DNA of 28,563 bases from a virus (lineage: Duplodnaviria > Caudoviricetes). Under the pieces are notes generated by a model. That model did not search any database. It was not told where the DNA came from and saw only the letters and a program-made list of their open reading frames with translations. Shown here one piece after another: positions 8,801 through 15,228 of this stretch. Positions within the stretch are counted from its first letter, which is position 1, and every line of letters begins with the position of its first letter. The position numbers and the translations under genes are program-made. Location: IMG/VR virus record IMGVR_UViG_3300047276_000269, positions 1-28,563 of that record; one strand, given 5' to 3'.

Positions 8801-11317
8801 ATCAGGCGCGCCGTGCAGGAATCTATGATTGGACAGGAAGAAAAGATTGGCATCCTACTCAATGCCAGCTTGAGCCAGACTGTTCACTCTGACGCTATTG
8901 CCAACTTGTTCTTGTCAAAAGGAAACATCAAATGGGATGATAAGTTGCATAAGTGGGTTGGCGTTGACGACAAGAGCAACATACAAAACCTTTCTAAGCA
9001 GCTTGATGCTATTGCTGATAAGCATGGTCTAACCAAGGAAGAGATTGAGCTAATTGCTCATACCGCATTCGAGGCAAAGCGCACTCAATCGCTCATTCGA
9101 GAGAATGCTGCTATTGAGGCGCAGGCAGAGGCTATGCGGGCAGAAGCCAAGAGGATTAGAGAAGCATCTCCTGTAGCTGCAAGTGAGCTATCTGAAAAAG
9201 CATCCAAGCTACTGCAAAAGCAAAAAGTTATCCACATGACAGACGAGCAGATTAAGGCTGGCATGACGCAGTTTAATCTGTTCCCTGAGCTCAATGAGGT
9301 TGTCAAAACCTGGGATGGAATCCGAGAGAACGCTATTGAAGTGATGGTTCAAACCGGGTTGTATAACAGAGAAGAAGCCGATGCTCTGCTGGCAAATGCC
9401 GACTATGTGCCGTTCTTCCGCGAAGACCAGATTGAGGAAGGCAAAGGCCCGAAAGAGTTCCTGCGCTCACTTTCTGTCCAGGCTGACAAGCGTATGAAAG
9501 GCTCGATGAAGCCTGTAAACGACATCTTTGACAACATGGTGCGCTGGACACAGTATGCCGTAAACCGTGGTGTGCGTAACCGTTCCGCCTTGGCGTTGGT
9601 GGATACGGCAAAGGATGTTGGTCTTGGCGAAAAGGTAGCTGGGCCCAAGGATGGTGAGAATGTTGTGCGGGTATGGAGGGATGGCAAGGAAGAATACTTC
9701 AGCATGGCTGACCCCATGTTTATCCATGCGTTCCGTGGCCTGGAATCCGTATCAATTCCTACCGTAAAGTTCTTCTCCAAGTTTGCCGACATTCTGCGTA
9801 GCTCTGTGGTTCTGTTCCCGGTGTTCTCTGCCGCCCAGGTAACGCAAGACTCATTTGCAGCCATGTTCTCTTCCGGCCTGAAGCCGCAACACGCTTTATC
9901 TATCCCGTTCCGGGCAGTTAAAGAGTTTGTTCAGACTTTGCGCGGCAAGAGCAAGGCGCATGAAGAGCTGAAAAATGTCGGTGCGGTAGGCGTCAGAGAC
10001 TTTTCTTCCTCTGTCATTCGGATGGAAACTGAGATTCTTTCTGGGCTAAAGAAAGATAAGAGTTTCTGGAGTGGTGTAAAGCGCCGTCTTGGTAACATTG
10101 CAATGGCGGCCGACAATGCTGTGCGTCAGGCTACCTATGAGGCGGCTTTGGCTCAAGGCATGTCCAGGGCAGAGGCGATAGAGAAAGCTTTTGAGATATT
10201 CAACGTCCGTCGTCGCGGCAGCAGTCAAATGTTGGCTATGGCCGGCCAGGTCATCCCATTCTTTAATGCGTACCTTGCTGCCCAGAACGTGGCTTACCGG
10301 ACATTGACCGGCGTAGGTGTATCTCCAACTGAGCGCAAGGCAGCCTTTCAGACGCTGGCAGCCACAACCGCATCAGTGATGGCTTTGTCTACACTCTACG
10401 CAATGATGATGGGGGATGATGAGGACTACGAGAAGAAGCCAACTCCCACCCGCGACAGGTTGCTGATGATACCCGGCACAGGCGGACTTGGAGTTCCCTT
10501 GAGGTCTGATGCTTTCATACTTCCTAAGGTTTTGGCGGAGCATACATACCATCTGTTAACAGAAAACGGCATGACCGATCCGGCCAAATTCCGTGCGTCC
10601 TTGGCGTCACTTTTGGCTAACTCCGTCCTTAGTCCTACCGCTGTTCCTCAGGCAGTTAAGCCTATTGTGGAAGTTGCGCTGAACTATGACTTCTTCCAGA
10701 AGCAACCTTTGGTTGGAATCTATCAAGCCAAGAAAGATGTTAGCCGCCAGTTCGATGACAGCACTTCTGAGTTTGCCAAGGTGCTTGGGTCTACCGAGCT
10801 CATTTCTCCAATTGTTGCAGATCATGTAATCCGTGGAATGTTTGGCTCGTTTGGTGGGGCATTCTTGCTGGCCACCAATCCAATCATTGCTGCAATGGCT
10901 GGAACCACCAGGCCAAGCATGAGCGTAAATGATGCTATTAACGCCATACCTAACGCCAGCGCGTTTGTATCCAAAGATTATGAAGTTGGTTTGCGGAAAG
11001 ATTTCTATGCGCTCAAGGAGGTTACAGACCGTGCGGCCGCCACCTTGTCTGACCTAAAACAGCGGAGCCCGCAAGAGATCAAAGAGTACCTGGACGATCC
11101 GACGGTCAGGCAGCGAATTGGTATGGCACCTGTAATAAACAGAATCTCAACTCAGCTGACTAACATCAGGAAGCAGATAAACCTGATTACAAATATCGAA
11201 GACCCCAGGTTCACATCTGACAGGAAAGAGCAGGAGATTAAGAAGCTGAGGGATGCTGAGTATCAGCTATTAAAGAACATCAACCTAAGGCAGCTTAGGG
11301 AGATGGCTCAGATGTGA
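2900..11317 (+). CDS. Giant polyvalent internal-virion protein (2805 aa)
   Basis: Uninterrupted ORF. Gly/Ala-rich hydrophobic N-terminus, HELLH zincin motif, two-copy internal domain, YHGT ADP-ribosyltransferase-like domain, and an LPD38-like C-terminus. This matches the architecture of phage large polyvalent proteins. Confidence 0.85.
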   Translation: MATIEDLFAALKAADQAGNVEDATKLARYISSLGYGPSIQKEPEAPPPSFMQRAKTALARGVEQLPESLAGITLGAEAGLGMKEAATKKLAEIKSDQQKPDARAPGITWEELEQTYGKEGAIEALKKLPTYAVEQILQNAPSMAAPLAVGAAATPFTGPFGGLAAGIGTYGVQQFGQFMQRQAQGAKTVEELEPGKAAATAAVTAPLGFFVDRLTVGMSRIPNKILGQEIGAELAKRAGVRAATGATIGVVAEAPTEVLEQMAERWQANLPLFTEDAIREYKEAAAGAAVVGGSIGATSRLMSPPLATQPPPPPQIAEPTPFAAAPEAAPVPEFIPQGRGFSAEEADALRRQAEEAELQRLQDLGERQRQEEEMRRQEMELTQRYMSRVPGMTGMPDANAAIMQAARSREAEEAALAQARQKAEQDEMERLRLGHIRQIQRTTFSPDPVQDQIVKSRLLSQYQQTSPAVNVNTPEQIEPPEFQPISAPQDKPKGVTLFKQTPGERAEIKSIDEALVNVNKEITKAKSEKSSLFKVLEGKLTERTGAFGLSDIDPDNKSLKRLYNKQGKGALLEDLVSDGLLDEFLPIRNRVLINGQENPNFDQSEALEYIAQKLRSKDYDSVEQSDNLRVLMEQKDRLKTEQERLKGIPDVNLELARRAGLPKRDIEPVSLADLEAEASQAGSDIEAIKEMAAISSANASPEQYQAAYRDALESSIRSRKVNITEELYQAEGDQSKGYSPTKEGLQIQKDITGKDFNGLIKWVVDSAPNRFQTLVAKKVQALANELQQRGVKMSFDVHGGSSRPSVMRNAAGRTSLTWGTDRTEIIIGFNGEPVMVNQNGFPSGMSHKTVQHELLHSVIRTATKFLPADHPVIKELRNLFNTVYAQYQKDEKAGTLPDVLLKFSKRMNNALKDPDELISWGMTDKDFQDYLSKINVGPKQTAFNKLVELIREIIGLPKAFESALEKLIRTTDSLLEMDVDVVGKAMQKQGYSYGKPVAKPIVKPIKAEKPKAQPIQGSLFARSDNIEKDDLFSRQQGFFFNAKESPLYQTRTAEEVGDFSQAEADKVVELNKRAKDIQDERRWVGKLKDGSWVGTRLDLATAAAARKRGMPTVLTIHEGSADKHTSGFYRGELLKFVPHITLRNVNFNIYQAQREKIAEGGEKNRMASADGQYVDTSPNFDGIEISFNPFREHLFRDAVGRAVKYADEITAVRGKIFARGNIEYYGAEDMPAVATAPSEAWIMSSGQDARQLQNRPAIIDNTGKVDKEQQKSLFNGQNVIQDDLFQREEGFFIDAKQSPLYQTRTQADVPVITQDLVNKALATHQKGARVEGKGIQLKPGDYIGSRLDLGIRGTSRTAGIMPGGVPVQAIHIGNQKNYEREDGGFWGGKIAKYLPSVTMKNVKFRVSQEEREEIAAGRKKAPMASADGQFVRSDNPNFDGIEMVFNPKREHLFTDALGRAIKYADEVTVMGDRMYARGHIEYYGDKDFVVPVGPSPSKAIPLSMQDAARQIAGKTGVLPQPIQDELFAQQGMTRRGFFGLSATKEAPAQGAFEKLLQTPVSRRTVLKSTIGRAIQSFVPNISSEFINLPDNFARVASTVDGYVFVQQPNGKWISPSLFEANDIEDLVKSFTNYDGVMLSFGVVPKAMLDKTGETINEIFYNSIEQSLQPTLDAAKYFAEHSFLGGYTGPTKTVNDLVKEANEYLKFSALPLKQQQKIERDKAFKEWFGDSKVVDENGKPLVVYHGTSKDIDFKKFKVPRNGAWFSPDTNVASMYAKENDSQDIRYEHTPTGSKYVHINTAARVMPVYLSIQNPYTLTKKDMDSFGDNYQKDQKVLFDRLRKEGYDGAHIEGKPGEYDDVWIVLDNPNQIKSVFNRGTYSKTSSDILLQQEGVLNRSKAGDDAMEILSGMGRFVEPPEPGYVAKARQAWDNARDNPTLAKEQSIGAARRFLDQMETWAFSSDAGLNNQIRRAVQESMIGQEEKIGILLNASLSQTVHSDAIANLFLSKGNIKWDDKLHKWVGVDDKSNIQNLSKQLDAIADKHGLTKEEIELIAHTAFEAKRTQSLIRENAAIEAQAEAMRAEAKRIREASPVAASELSEKASKLLQKQKVIHMTDEQIKAGMTQFNLFPELNEVVKTWDGIRENAIEVMVQTGLYNREEADALLANADYVPFFREDQIEEGKGPKEFLRSLSVQADKRMKGSMKPVNDIFDNMVRWTQYAVNRGVRNRSALALVDTAKDVGLGEKVAGPKDGENVVRVWRDGKEEYFSMADPMFIHAFRGLESVSIPTVKFFSKFADILRSSVVLFPVFSAAQVTQDSFAAMFSSGLKPQHALSIPFRAVKEFVQTLRGKSKAHEELKNVGAVGVRDFSSSVIRMETEILSGLKKDKSFWSGVKRRLGNIAMAADNAVRQATYEAALAQGMSRAEAIEKAFEIFNVRRRGSSQMLAMAGQVIPFFNAYLAAQNVAYRTLTGVGVSPTERKAAFQTLAATTASVMALSTLYAMMMGDDEDYEKKPTPTRDRLLMIPGTGGLGVPLRSDAFILPKVLAEHTYHLLTENGMTDPAKFRASLASLLANSVLSPTAVPQAVKPIVEVALNYDFFQKQPLVGIYQAKKDVSRQFDDSTSEFAKVLGSTELISPIVADHVIRGMFGSFGGAFLLATNPIIAAMAGTTRPSMSVNDAINAIPNASAFVSKDYEVGLRKDFYALKEVTDRAAATLSDLKQRSPQEIKEYLDDPTVRQRIGMAPVINRISTQLTNIRKQINLITNIEDPRFTSDRKEQEIKKLRDAEYQLLKNINLRQLREMAQM
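4303..4316. repeat. 14-bp palindrome TGTTAACGTTAACA, copy 1
   Basis: Exact palindrome with identical copies at 4444-4457 and 20304-20317. Confidence 0.9.
4444..4457. repeat. 14-bp palindrome TGTTAACGTTAACA, copy 2
   Basis: Exact copy that extends to a 16-bp palindrome (4443-4458). Confidence 0.9.
5090..5860 (+). other. Zincin-like metallopeptidase domain within giant protein (approximate limits)
   Basis: HELLH (HExxH) at 5453-5467, plus a downstream DELISWGMTDKDFQDYL helix supplying a likely third ligand. Confidence 0.7.
5950..7400 (+). repeat. Tandem duplication of a ~250-aa domain within giant protein
   Basis: Both copies share SLF..DDLF...GFF..AK.SPLYQTRT, G[TS]RLDL, NV.F, MASADGQ, PNFDGIE..FNP.REHLF.DA.GRA.KYADE.T and ARG.IEYYG. 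SPLYQTRT lies at 6032 and 6791 (759-nt offset); IEYYG at 6563 and 7337. Confidence 0.95.
8063..8563 (+). other. ADP-ribosyltransferase-like (ART-PolyVal type) domain
   Basis: FKEWFGDSKVVDENGKPLVVYHGT, GAWFS...ASMYA, VMPVYLSIQNP, GYDG and PNQIKS..N.GT, which are characteristic motifs of this domain in polyvalent proteins. Confidence 0.8.
10250..11000 (+). other. LPD38-like C-terminal domain (approximate limits)
   Basis: IPFFNA, DEDYE......RD...IPG, KPIVEVALNYDFF...P, TSEFAKVLG and SP..DH.IRG.FG..G motifs recognised from memory. Confidence 0.65.
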
Positions 11318-11589
11318 CCTGACTCAAACAGCCAGCCGATAGTTTTACGATGCGCCTCTTCCCAAAAGTTGAGGCGCTCTTCTTTTGTCATTTTAGAACC
11401 CTGATCGAGCTCTGAGTGGCAACGATAGCAAAGGGCGGCTACACGATAGTCATGGGCTTTAATCCCACGGCCCTTGCCATCTCTAAGTTGATTTGAGTGT
11501 GCGGCGACGATGGTTCCGTCTTGGCGTCCGCAATGCATACATGGCGCTTCTCTTACTATCTCAAGTAATTTTTTGTTTCTGTAGTTCAA
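11308..11589 (-). CDS. DUF1364/YbcO-like Zn-binding HNH-type nuclease
   Basis: CMHC...AAHSN....GKGRGIKA.D...A..CYRCH..LD motif. TTG start overlapping the upstream stop (TTGA). Confidence 0.75.
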   Translation of the reverse strand: MNYRNKKLLEIVREAPCMHCGRQDGTIVAAHSNQLRDGKGRGIKAHDYRVAALCYRCHSELDQGSKMTKEERLNFWEEAHRKTIGWLFESGHI

Positions 11590-11786
11590 AATAATGCTTC
11601 TTCAGCGTCTATGTGGCTTGCTGGCTGTCTTTTATTAAGCTGCTTGAGTGCGGCTCCAGTGGCTCGTTCAAAGGGCCACCATGTGTTCCAATCAATCGGA
11701 TACGCTTTCGCAGAGCTTTCAGTACGTCTCGTACTCGTAGATCGTACTCGTGCTTCTTTATCAGATTGTCGATCAATTTTAGGCAT
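11586..11786 (-). CDS. Hypothetical protein (WWPF...EEALF), overlapping 11609-11803 in another frame
   Basis: Its stop is coupled to the next gene's start and its C-terminus is protein-like. The start is uncertain. Confidence 0.45.
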   Translation of the reverse strand: MPKIDRQSDKEARVRSTSTRRTESSAKAYPIDWNTWWPFERATGAALKQLNKRQPASHIDAEEALF

Positions 11787-11803
11787 TGTTCTTTCTCCGT
11801 CAT
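11609..11803 (-). CDS. Hypothetical protein
   Basis: ATG immediately follows the TAA of the sigma-like gene; amphipathic helical N-terminus. Confidence 0.55.
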   Translation of the reverse strand: MTEKEQCLKLIDNLIKKHEYDLRVRDVLKALRKRIRLIGTHGGPLNEPLEPHSSSLIKDSQQAT

Positions 11804-12226
11804 TTATATTACTTTCCTCAAAATATCATAGCGAATTGGGTGTTTCAGGGTACGCAATGCTTTGACTTCCATCTGCCTAATGCGCTCCTTTGATAAGTCA
11901 AACATATGTCCAATTTCTTCTAATGTCATAGCATCAGAAACATCAATTCCAAAACGTAGCTTTAATACTATTGCTTTCTTGGGGTCCAACGTGCTAAGCG
12001 CTTGTTTTACAACCCTACATAATTCAATAGTTGATAAAGCCTTTTCTGGGTCTACGTATTCTTTGTCTAATGGCTCATCAATAGGAAGTTCTGGCATGTC
12101 TTCGTCACGTAGATAACCGTATGTGTAGTACGCTTTTCTTAGTTCGTAACTTGCACCAACGAGAGTACCATAAGGGAGAGTACGTCCTTTATATACTTTA
12201 CCGTACGCATTTAGACGCCTTTTCAT
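11804..12226 (-). CDS. Stand-alone sigma70 region-4 (HTH) protein
   Basis: LSTLDPKKAIVLKLRFGIDVSDAMTLEEIGHMFDLSKERIRQMEVKALRTLKHP aligns with RpoD region 4 (VLRMRFGID...[28 protein letters not shown]). No region 2 is present. Confidence 0.9.
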   Translation of the reverse strand: MKRRLNAYGKVYKGRTLPYGTLVGASYELRKAYYTYGYLRDEDMPELPIDEPLDKEYVDPEKALSTIELCRVVKQALSTLDPKKAIVLKLRFGIDVSDAMTLEEIGHMFDLSKERIRQMEVKALRTLKHPIRYDILRKVI

Positions 12227-12465
12227 TTCTTTTTGCCACGTGCTTTCATAAACAGTTGGATTGGGGCGCTCTTCGGTGTATCCAAAACCACCTCACCCTT
12301 CTTGAACTGCCTGCCCTTCTTGGCGTTCTCAATCCCTTGGACAACCCTGCCCATATGCCGAACCATTTCTTCGGACACGCCGAACCGAACCTCTCGCCAG
12401 TTAAAGGCGTTGTTGGTTGACTTGATGATGTCAGTTCCGGGCCAGTACTTAGGTTTATTTTTCAT
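12223..12465 (-). CDS. Hypothetical protein, YWPGTDIIKSTNNAFNWR paralog 1
   Basis: ATGA-coupled at both ends, SD GAGGAG, and N-terminus shared with 13576-13779. Confidence 0.75.
   Translation of the reverse strand: MKNKPKYWPGTDIIKSTNNAFNWREVRFGVSEEMVRHMGRVVQGIENAKKGRQFKKGEVVLDTPKSAPIQLFMKARGKKK
12395..12444. repeat. 50-bp perfect direct repeat, copy 1
   Basis: cgccagttaaaggcgttgttggttgacttgatgatgtcagttccgggcca, identical to 13718-13767. Confidence 0.95.
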
Positions 12466-12590
12466 TGCGGGTTCTCCTCGTCAGCAAAGTCCATTTCAGG
12501 TGGGTGCGGAATGTCGTCGTGAACAATCACACCGTCTTCATCTGCTGGCAAAAACCTGCCGCACACTACGCAGTAATAGCCATCGTTCAT
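12462..12590 (-). CDS. 42-aa putative Zn-binding protein (not in ORF track)
   Basis: MNDGYYCVVCGRFLPADEDGVIVHDDIPHPPEMDFADEENPQ. CxxC plus two His; ATGA overlaps at both ends fill the gap exactly. Confidence 0.75.
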   Translation of the reverse strand: MNDGYYCVVCGRFLPADEDGVIVHDDIPHPPEMDFADEENPQ

Positions 12591-12898
12591 GTGTCACTCG
12601 CTACGTCTGCTTGAATTAACTGTGCCGCAACCTGCCAATAGTTATGACGATCCTTTGCCATGTCGTGCTGGATCATCAGCAAATTGACGATGCGCTGGCG
12701 CTCTGCCACGACTGCGGCATCCTTGGCTTCTTGTAGTTCACGCATCACTTCAATCACAGCTTGCTCATGTTTCAACAAGATTGCCTTGATCATCTCCATC
12801 GGCGTTTCAATCATTGCAATCGCCGCAGCCTTGACCTTCTCTTGCTCAGTCTTGGCTTTGGTGATTGCTTCTTGGTGTAGTTTTGAAAGCGACTTCAT
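12587..12898 (-). CDS. Hypothetical helical protein
   Basis: Start reassigned to MKSLSK at 12898 on the basis of an ATGA overlap. Confidence 0.7.
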   Translation of the reverse strand: MKSLSKLHQEAITKAKTEQEKVKAAAIAMIETPMEMIKAILLKHEQAVIEVMRELQEAKDAAVVAERQRIVNLLMIQHDMAKDRHNYWQVAAQLIQADVASDT

Positions 12899-12978
12899 CT
12901 GTTTAATGCCCTCTGAATGAGCCACAACTGGATGCTGATGAAGGCAAGTTGGACTGAAATGATTGCTGCGTAGGTCAT
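12895..12978 (-). CDS. 27-aa hydrophobic micropeptide (not in ORF track)
   Basis: MTYAAIISVQLAFISIQLWLIQRALNR. SD AAGGA and ATGA overlaps at both ends. Confidence 0.65.
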   Translation of the reverse strand: MTYAAIISVQLAFISIQLWLIQRALNR

Positions 12979-13640
12979 GTGTTTTCCTTTATTTGATAGT
13001 CTTTAAAAACTGTCCCTTTGCTTGCATCTCCTTTCCAGCACTCTTTAACCCATCCACGCTTTCCTGATTTGTAGGTGCGCCAGTGTCCCCGTGACTGGTG
13101 TCTGCGTGGGCTTGCGTGTGTGCCCCCTTGATGCTCTTGCTTTGGTTTTGGAGGCTCAATGACAACTGTGTGCCAGTCAAATGACAAAGCAGACTTTCCT
13201 TTGGCGGCTCGCTTGCGATTGATGAATGTTTGTTTTGGAGTTGCTTGGTATGCTGTTCCTCCAGCAGACAGTTTATTTAACACGGCACAGACCATTCTCA
13301 GTACTGGATCAATTTGCTGGCGGCTGACTTCCTTGTCGTTGTTGTAATAGCGCAATCCATCCTCTGTTTTAATGTACGCAAACGGCGCAAAAAATGAAGT
13401 TGGCTCTATCGTGCATCCAGCCGTGGTAACGCTGTCTTTACCAGCAGTCATCCATAGACTGAATTTGCGTCCCTTACTGTCCACGCCAGCTATGCCAGTG
13501 CGCTTAAAAGGAAGATTTAAAAGAACATCAATTGGTGTGCGTGTTGATTCAGTTAGAGGCTCCATGACTCCAACATCAAACCACAAAGCCGTTTCTGGCT
13601 CTGGAGCCAATCGCACCGCTTCTTGTATCAATGGTGTCAT
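12975..13640 (-). CDS. Conserved phage protein with basic H..RGHWR C-terminal motif
   Basis: 221 aa. GGTHASPRRHQSRGHWRTYKSGKRGWVKECWKGD motif; SD GGGAG. Confidence 0.8.
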   Translation of the reverse strand: MTPLIQEAVRLAPEPETALWFDVGVMEPLTESTRTPIDVLLNLPFKRTGIAGVDSKGRKFSLWMTAGKDSVTTAGCTIEPTSFFAPFAYIKTEDGLRYYNNDKEVSRQQIDPVLRMVCAVLNKLSAGGTAYQATPKQTFINRKRAAKGKSALSFDWHTVVIEPPKPKQEHQGGTHASPRRHQSRGHWRTYKSGKRGWVKECWKGDASKGTVFKDYQIKENT

Positions 13641-13779
13641 ATGCTATCTCCCTTTTCCCCGAACGGGATTTGGTTTGGTACTCAACTATTGCTTTAGCCA
13701 CAGTTGGCACTCTCTTACGCCAGTTAAAGGCGTTGTTGGTTGACTTGATGATGTCAGTTCCGGGCCAATAGTTACTCAT
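13576..13779 (-). CDS. Hypothetical protein, YWPGTDIIKSTNNAFNWR paralog 2
   Basis: Shares its N-terminal 18 aa with 12223-12465. Confidence 0.65.
   Translation of the reverse strand: MSNYWPGTDIIKSTNNAFNWRKRVPTVAKAIVEYQTKSRSGKREIAYDTIDTRSGAIGSRARNGFVV
13718..13767. repeat. 50-bp perfect direct repeat, copy 2
   Basis: Identical to 12395-12444. Confidence 0.95.
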
Positions 13780-14014
13780 GCTTTTGTTTCTCTACTAGTG
13801 CTTTTCCGATATTGTAAAAACTATTCTTCTTTTTTCTGGCTTGCAGTCCATCGACATACCCTCGCTCGTATTCGGCACTGGGCTTCTCCAACACTGCCTT
13901 AATCGCCTTGATTGCTCGGGGACGCAGAATCTTCATGGCGTGCGTGGGGTCGGTATCATACCCTTCCAGCGCCTCAAGCGCTACGCGTAAGGCTTCGTAC
14001 CTATTGTTTATCAT
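13772..14014 (-). CDS. Hypothetical protein
   Basis: EALRVALEALE and YERGY motifs typical of small phage proteins; overlaps both neighbours. Confidence 0.7.
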   Translation of the reverse strand: MINNRYEALRVALEALEGYDTDPTHAMKILRPRAIKAIKAVLEKPSAEYERGYVDGLQARKKKNSFYNIGKALVEKQKHE

Positions 14015-14444
14015 CTTTATACTCGTAGTTCACAGTGTTCTCGTTCTCCCTAAAAACAACCGCGCCGTTCTTCAGGTGGAACTGTTCAGCCATAGAAGTT
14101 TTTGGGGATAGGGTAACGAACCGTGTGATCTCAGGACGATTCTTCTTGATGTAGTCCACTGCTTCCAGAATTAGTTCGCGCCCAGCGCCTTTCCTGTAAG
14201 ACCAGATGGTGTAGAACACCGCTATTGTCGGCGCATCAGTAGGCACAAACAGCCTTGACTCCGAGGCAGGCACAAAGTCCATGTATGCCACACAAGTAAT
14301 GGCTGCGGGTCTGTCATCACCCGGCAAAATAAAGATTTCAGCGTTGTCGCTGATGCGAGAGGTGAACGGCACTTCAGGGCGAACTGGATCATCCTTCAGC
14401 CACGCAAGCACCTGATCGGTAAGCTGTTTAAGTATGCTGATCAT
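14001..14444 (-). CDS. GNAT-fold protein resembling the malonyl-CoA decarboxylase catalytic domain
   Basis: Start MISILK at 14444 (SD GGAG). AVFYTIWSYRKGAGRELI...RFVTLSP resembles the MCD motifs AxFYSI and FxTLSP, and there is a GNAT-like A..FH.KNG motif. Confidence 0.65.
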   Translation of the reverse strand: MISILKQLTDQVLAWLKDDPVRPEVPFTSRISDNAEIFILPGDDRPAAITCVAYMDFVPASESRLFVPTDAPTIAVFYTIWSYRKGAGRELILEAVDYIKKNRPEITRFVTLSPKTSMAEQFHLKNGAVVFRENENTVNYEYKDDKQ

Positions 14445-14625
14445 GTTTATTCTCCAACATCTTTTCCATTGCATCAAAGTATCCACGCTCGTACTCTTTG
14501 CGTAGTAGTTCTTCAGGCTCCCACGGCAGTGGTGTGCCCGCATGTTTATACGCCTTGTTACGCCACATAGCGGCGCTTAACTTGTAACTACGGCACTGGG
14601 GGCAGTCGTCTTTTTCGGTTGTCAT
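14428..14625 (-). CDS. Hypothetical protein (CPQC; YERGY)
   Basis: ATGA-coupled start at 14625. Confidence 0.65.
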   Translation of the reverse strand: MTTEKDDCPQCRSYKLSAAMWRNKAYKHAGTPLPWEPEELLRKEYERGYFDAMEKMLENKHDQHT

Positions 14626-14834
14626 TTTAGTGTCATCCATAAGACTAGCATTACAACAAATGCTACTGCGCCCATGAGGTAGCAGATACGCAGGAGGTAC
14701 TGTTCTATCTGGCGCTCACCAAGAATGACACTCTGCCAGAACTCCTCCTCGTGGCTCATGTAGTTTTTCTTTGGAGGCTCATAGTTGAGTCCGATTGCCA
14801 CCTTGCCGGTGTTGTAGGGTAACGACTTCTTCAT
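14622..14834 (-). CDS. Hypothetical protein with C-terminal TM helix
   Basis: MKKSLPYNTGKVAIG...; start lies in the GGAGAAGAACACATGA junction; hydrophobic C-terminus. Confidence 0.75.
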   Translation of the reverse strand: MKKSLPYNTGKVAIGLNYEPPKKNYMSHEEEFWQSVILGERQIEQYLLRICYLMGAVAFVVMLVLWMTLK

Positions 14835-15070
14835 GTGTTCTTCTCCTTGAGTTTGGCTTCGATGGCGGCAAACAAGTCGCACATGTAGAAGGGTTTTTGC
14901 ATCCCGTCCACAGTTGCCTTTCTTTCTTCCTTGGTTAGACTTTTCCAGTTGTCTCGTGGGTTACGCTCTCGTACCGCTTGCTCATGCGGCTCGTATGAAT
15001 CCACGACGTATGGTCCAGCTTTGAGCGCTATTTTGTTCCGTAAGTCGTTTGTCAGGAATACCCAAGTCAT
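14831..15070 (-). CDS. Hypothetical protein ending IEAKLKEKNT
   Basis: W..LT.EE...AIEAKLKEKNT module; ATGA-coupled. Confidence 0.75.
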   Translation of the reverse strand: MTWVFLTNDLRNKIALKAGPYVVDSYEPHEQAVRERNPRDNWKSLTKEERKATVDGMQKPFYMCDLFAAIEAKLKEKNT

Positions 15071-15228
15071 GTGTTCTTCTCCGTGAGTAAAGATTTGTAC
15101 ACGTCTTCCAACAAAACTTTTGCGTCTACCAATGCGTCCAGTTGCAGAACTCGGTGTGCGGTAAGGAATTCTTGTGTGTAACGAACTTCAGCCTCCTCGC
15201 CATTCCATGATATTTCAATCAAGATCAT
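15067..15228 (-). CDS. 53-aa hypothetical protein ending EKNT (not in ORF track)
   Basis: MILIEISWNGEEAEVRYTQEFLTAHRVLQLDALVDAKVLLEDVYKSLLTEKNT, bounded by two junction repeats. Confidence 0.8.
   Translation of the reverse strand: MILIEISWNGEEAEVRYTQEFLTAHRVLQLDALVDAKVLLEDVYKSLLTEKNT

Noticed and set aside
675-10825. Many short alternative-frame and antisense ORFs inside the virion genes, and likewise inside the helicase and primase genes
   Set aside because: These are shadow ORFs of long coding frames with no RBS or recognisable motifs.
11804-12226. Calling this gene rpoD or a functional sigma factor
   Set aside because: It is only 140 aa and lacks region 2, which is needed for core binding and promoter melting.
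12395-13767. 50-bp repeat as a DGR template/variable pair or as att sites
   Set aside because: The copies are identical with no adenine-specific differences, and there is no reverse transcriptase or integrase in the window.
13840-14500. Shared EYERGY peptide in two neighbouring genes as a DNA repeat
   Set aside because: The match is too short and synonymously diverged, and this is a common helical motif in small phage proteins.
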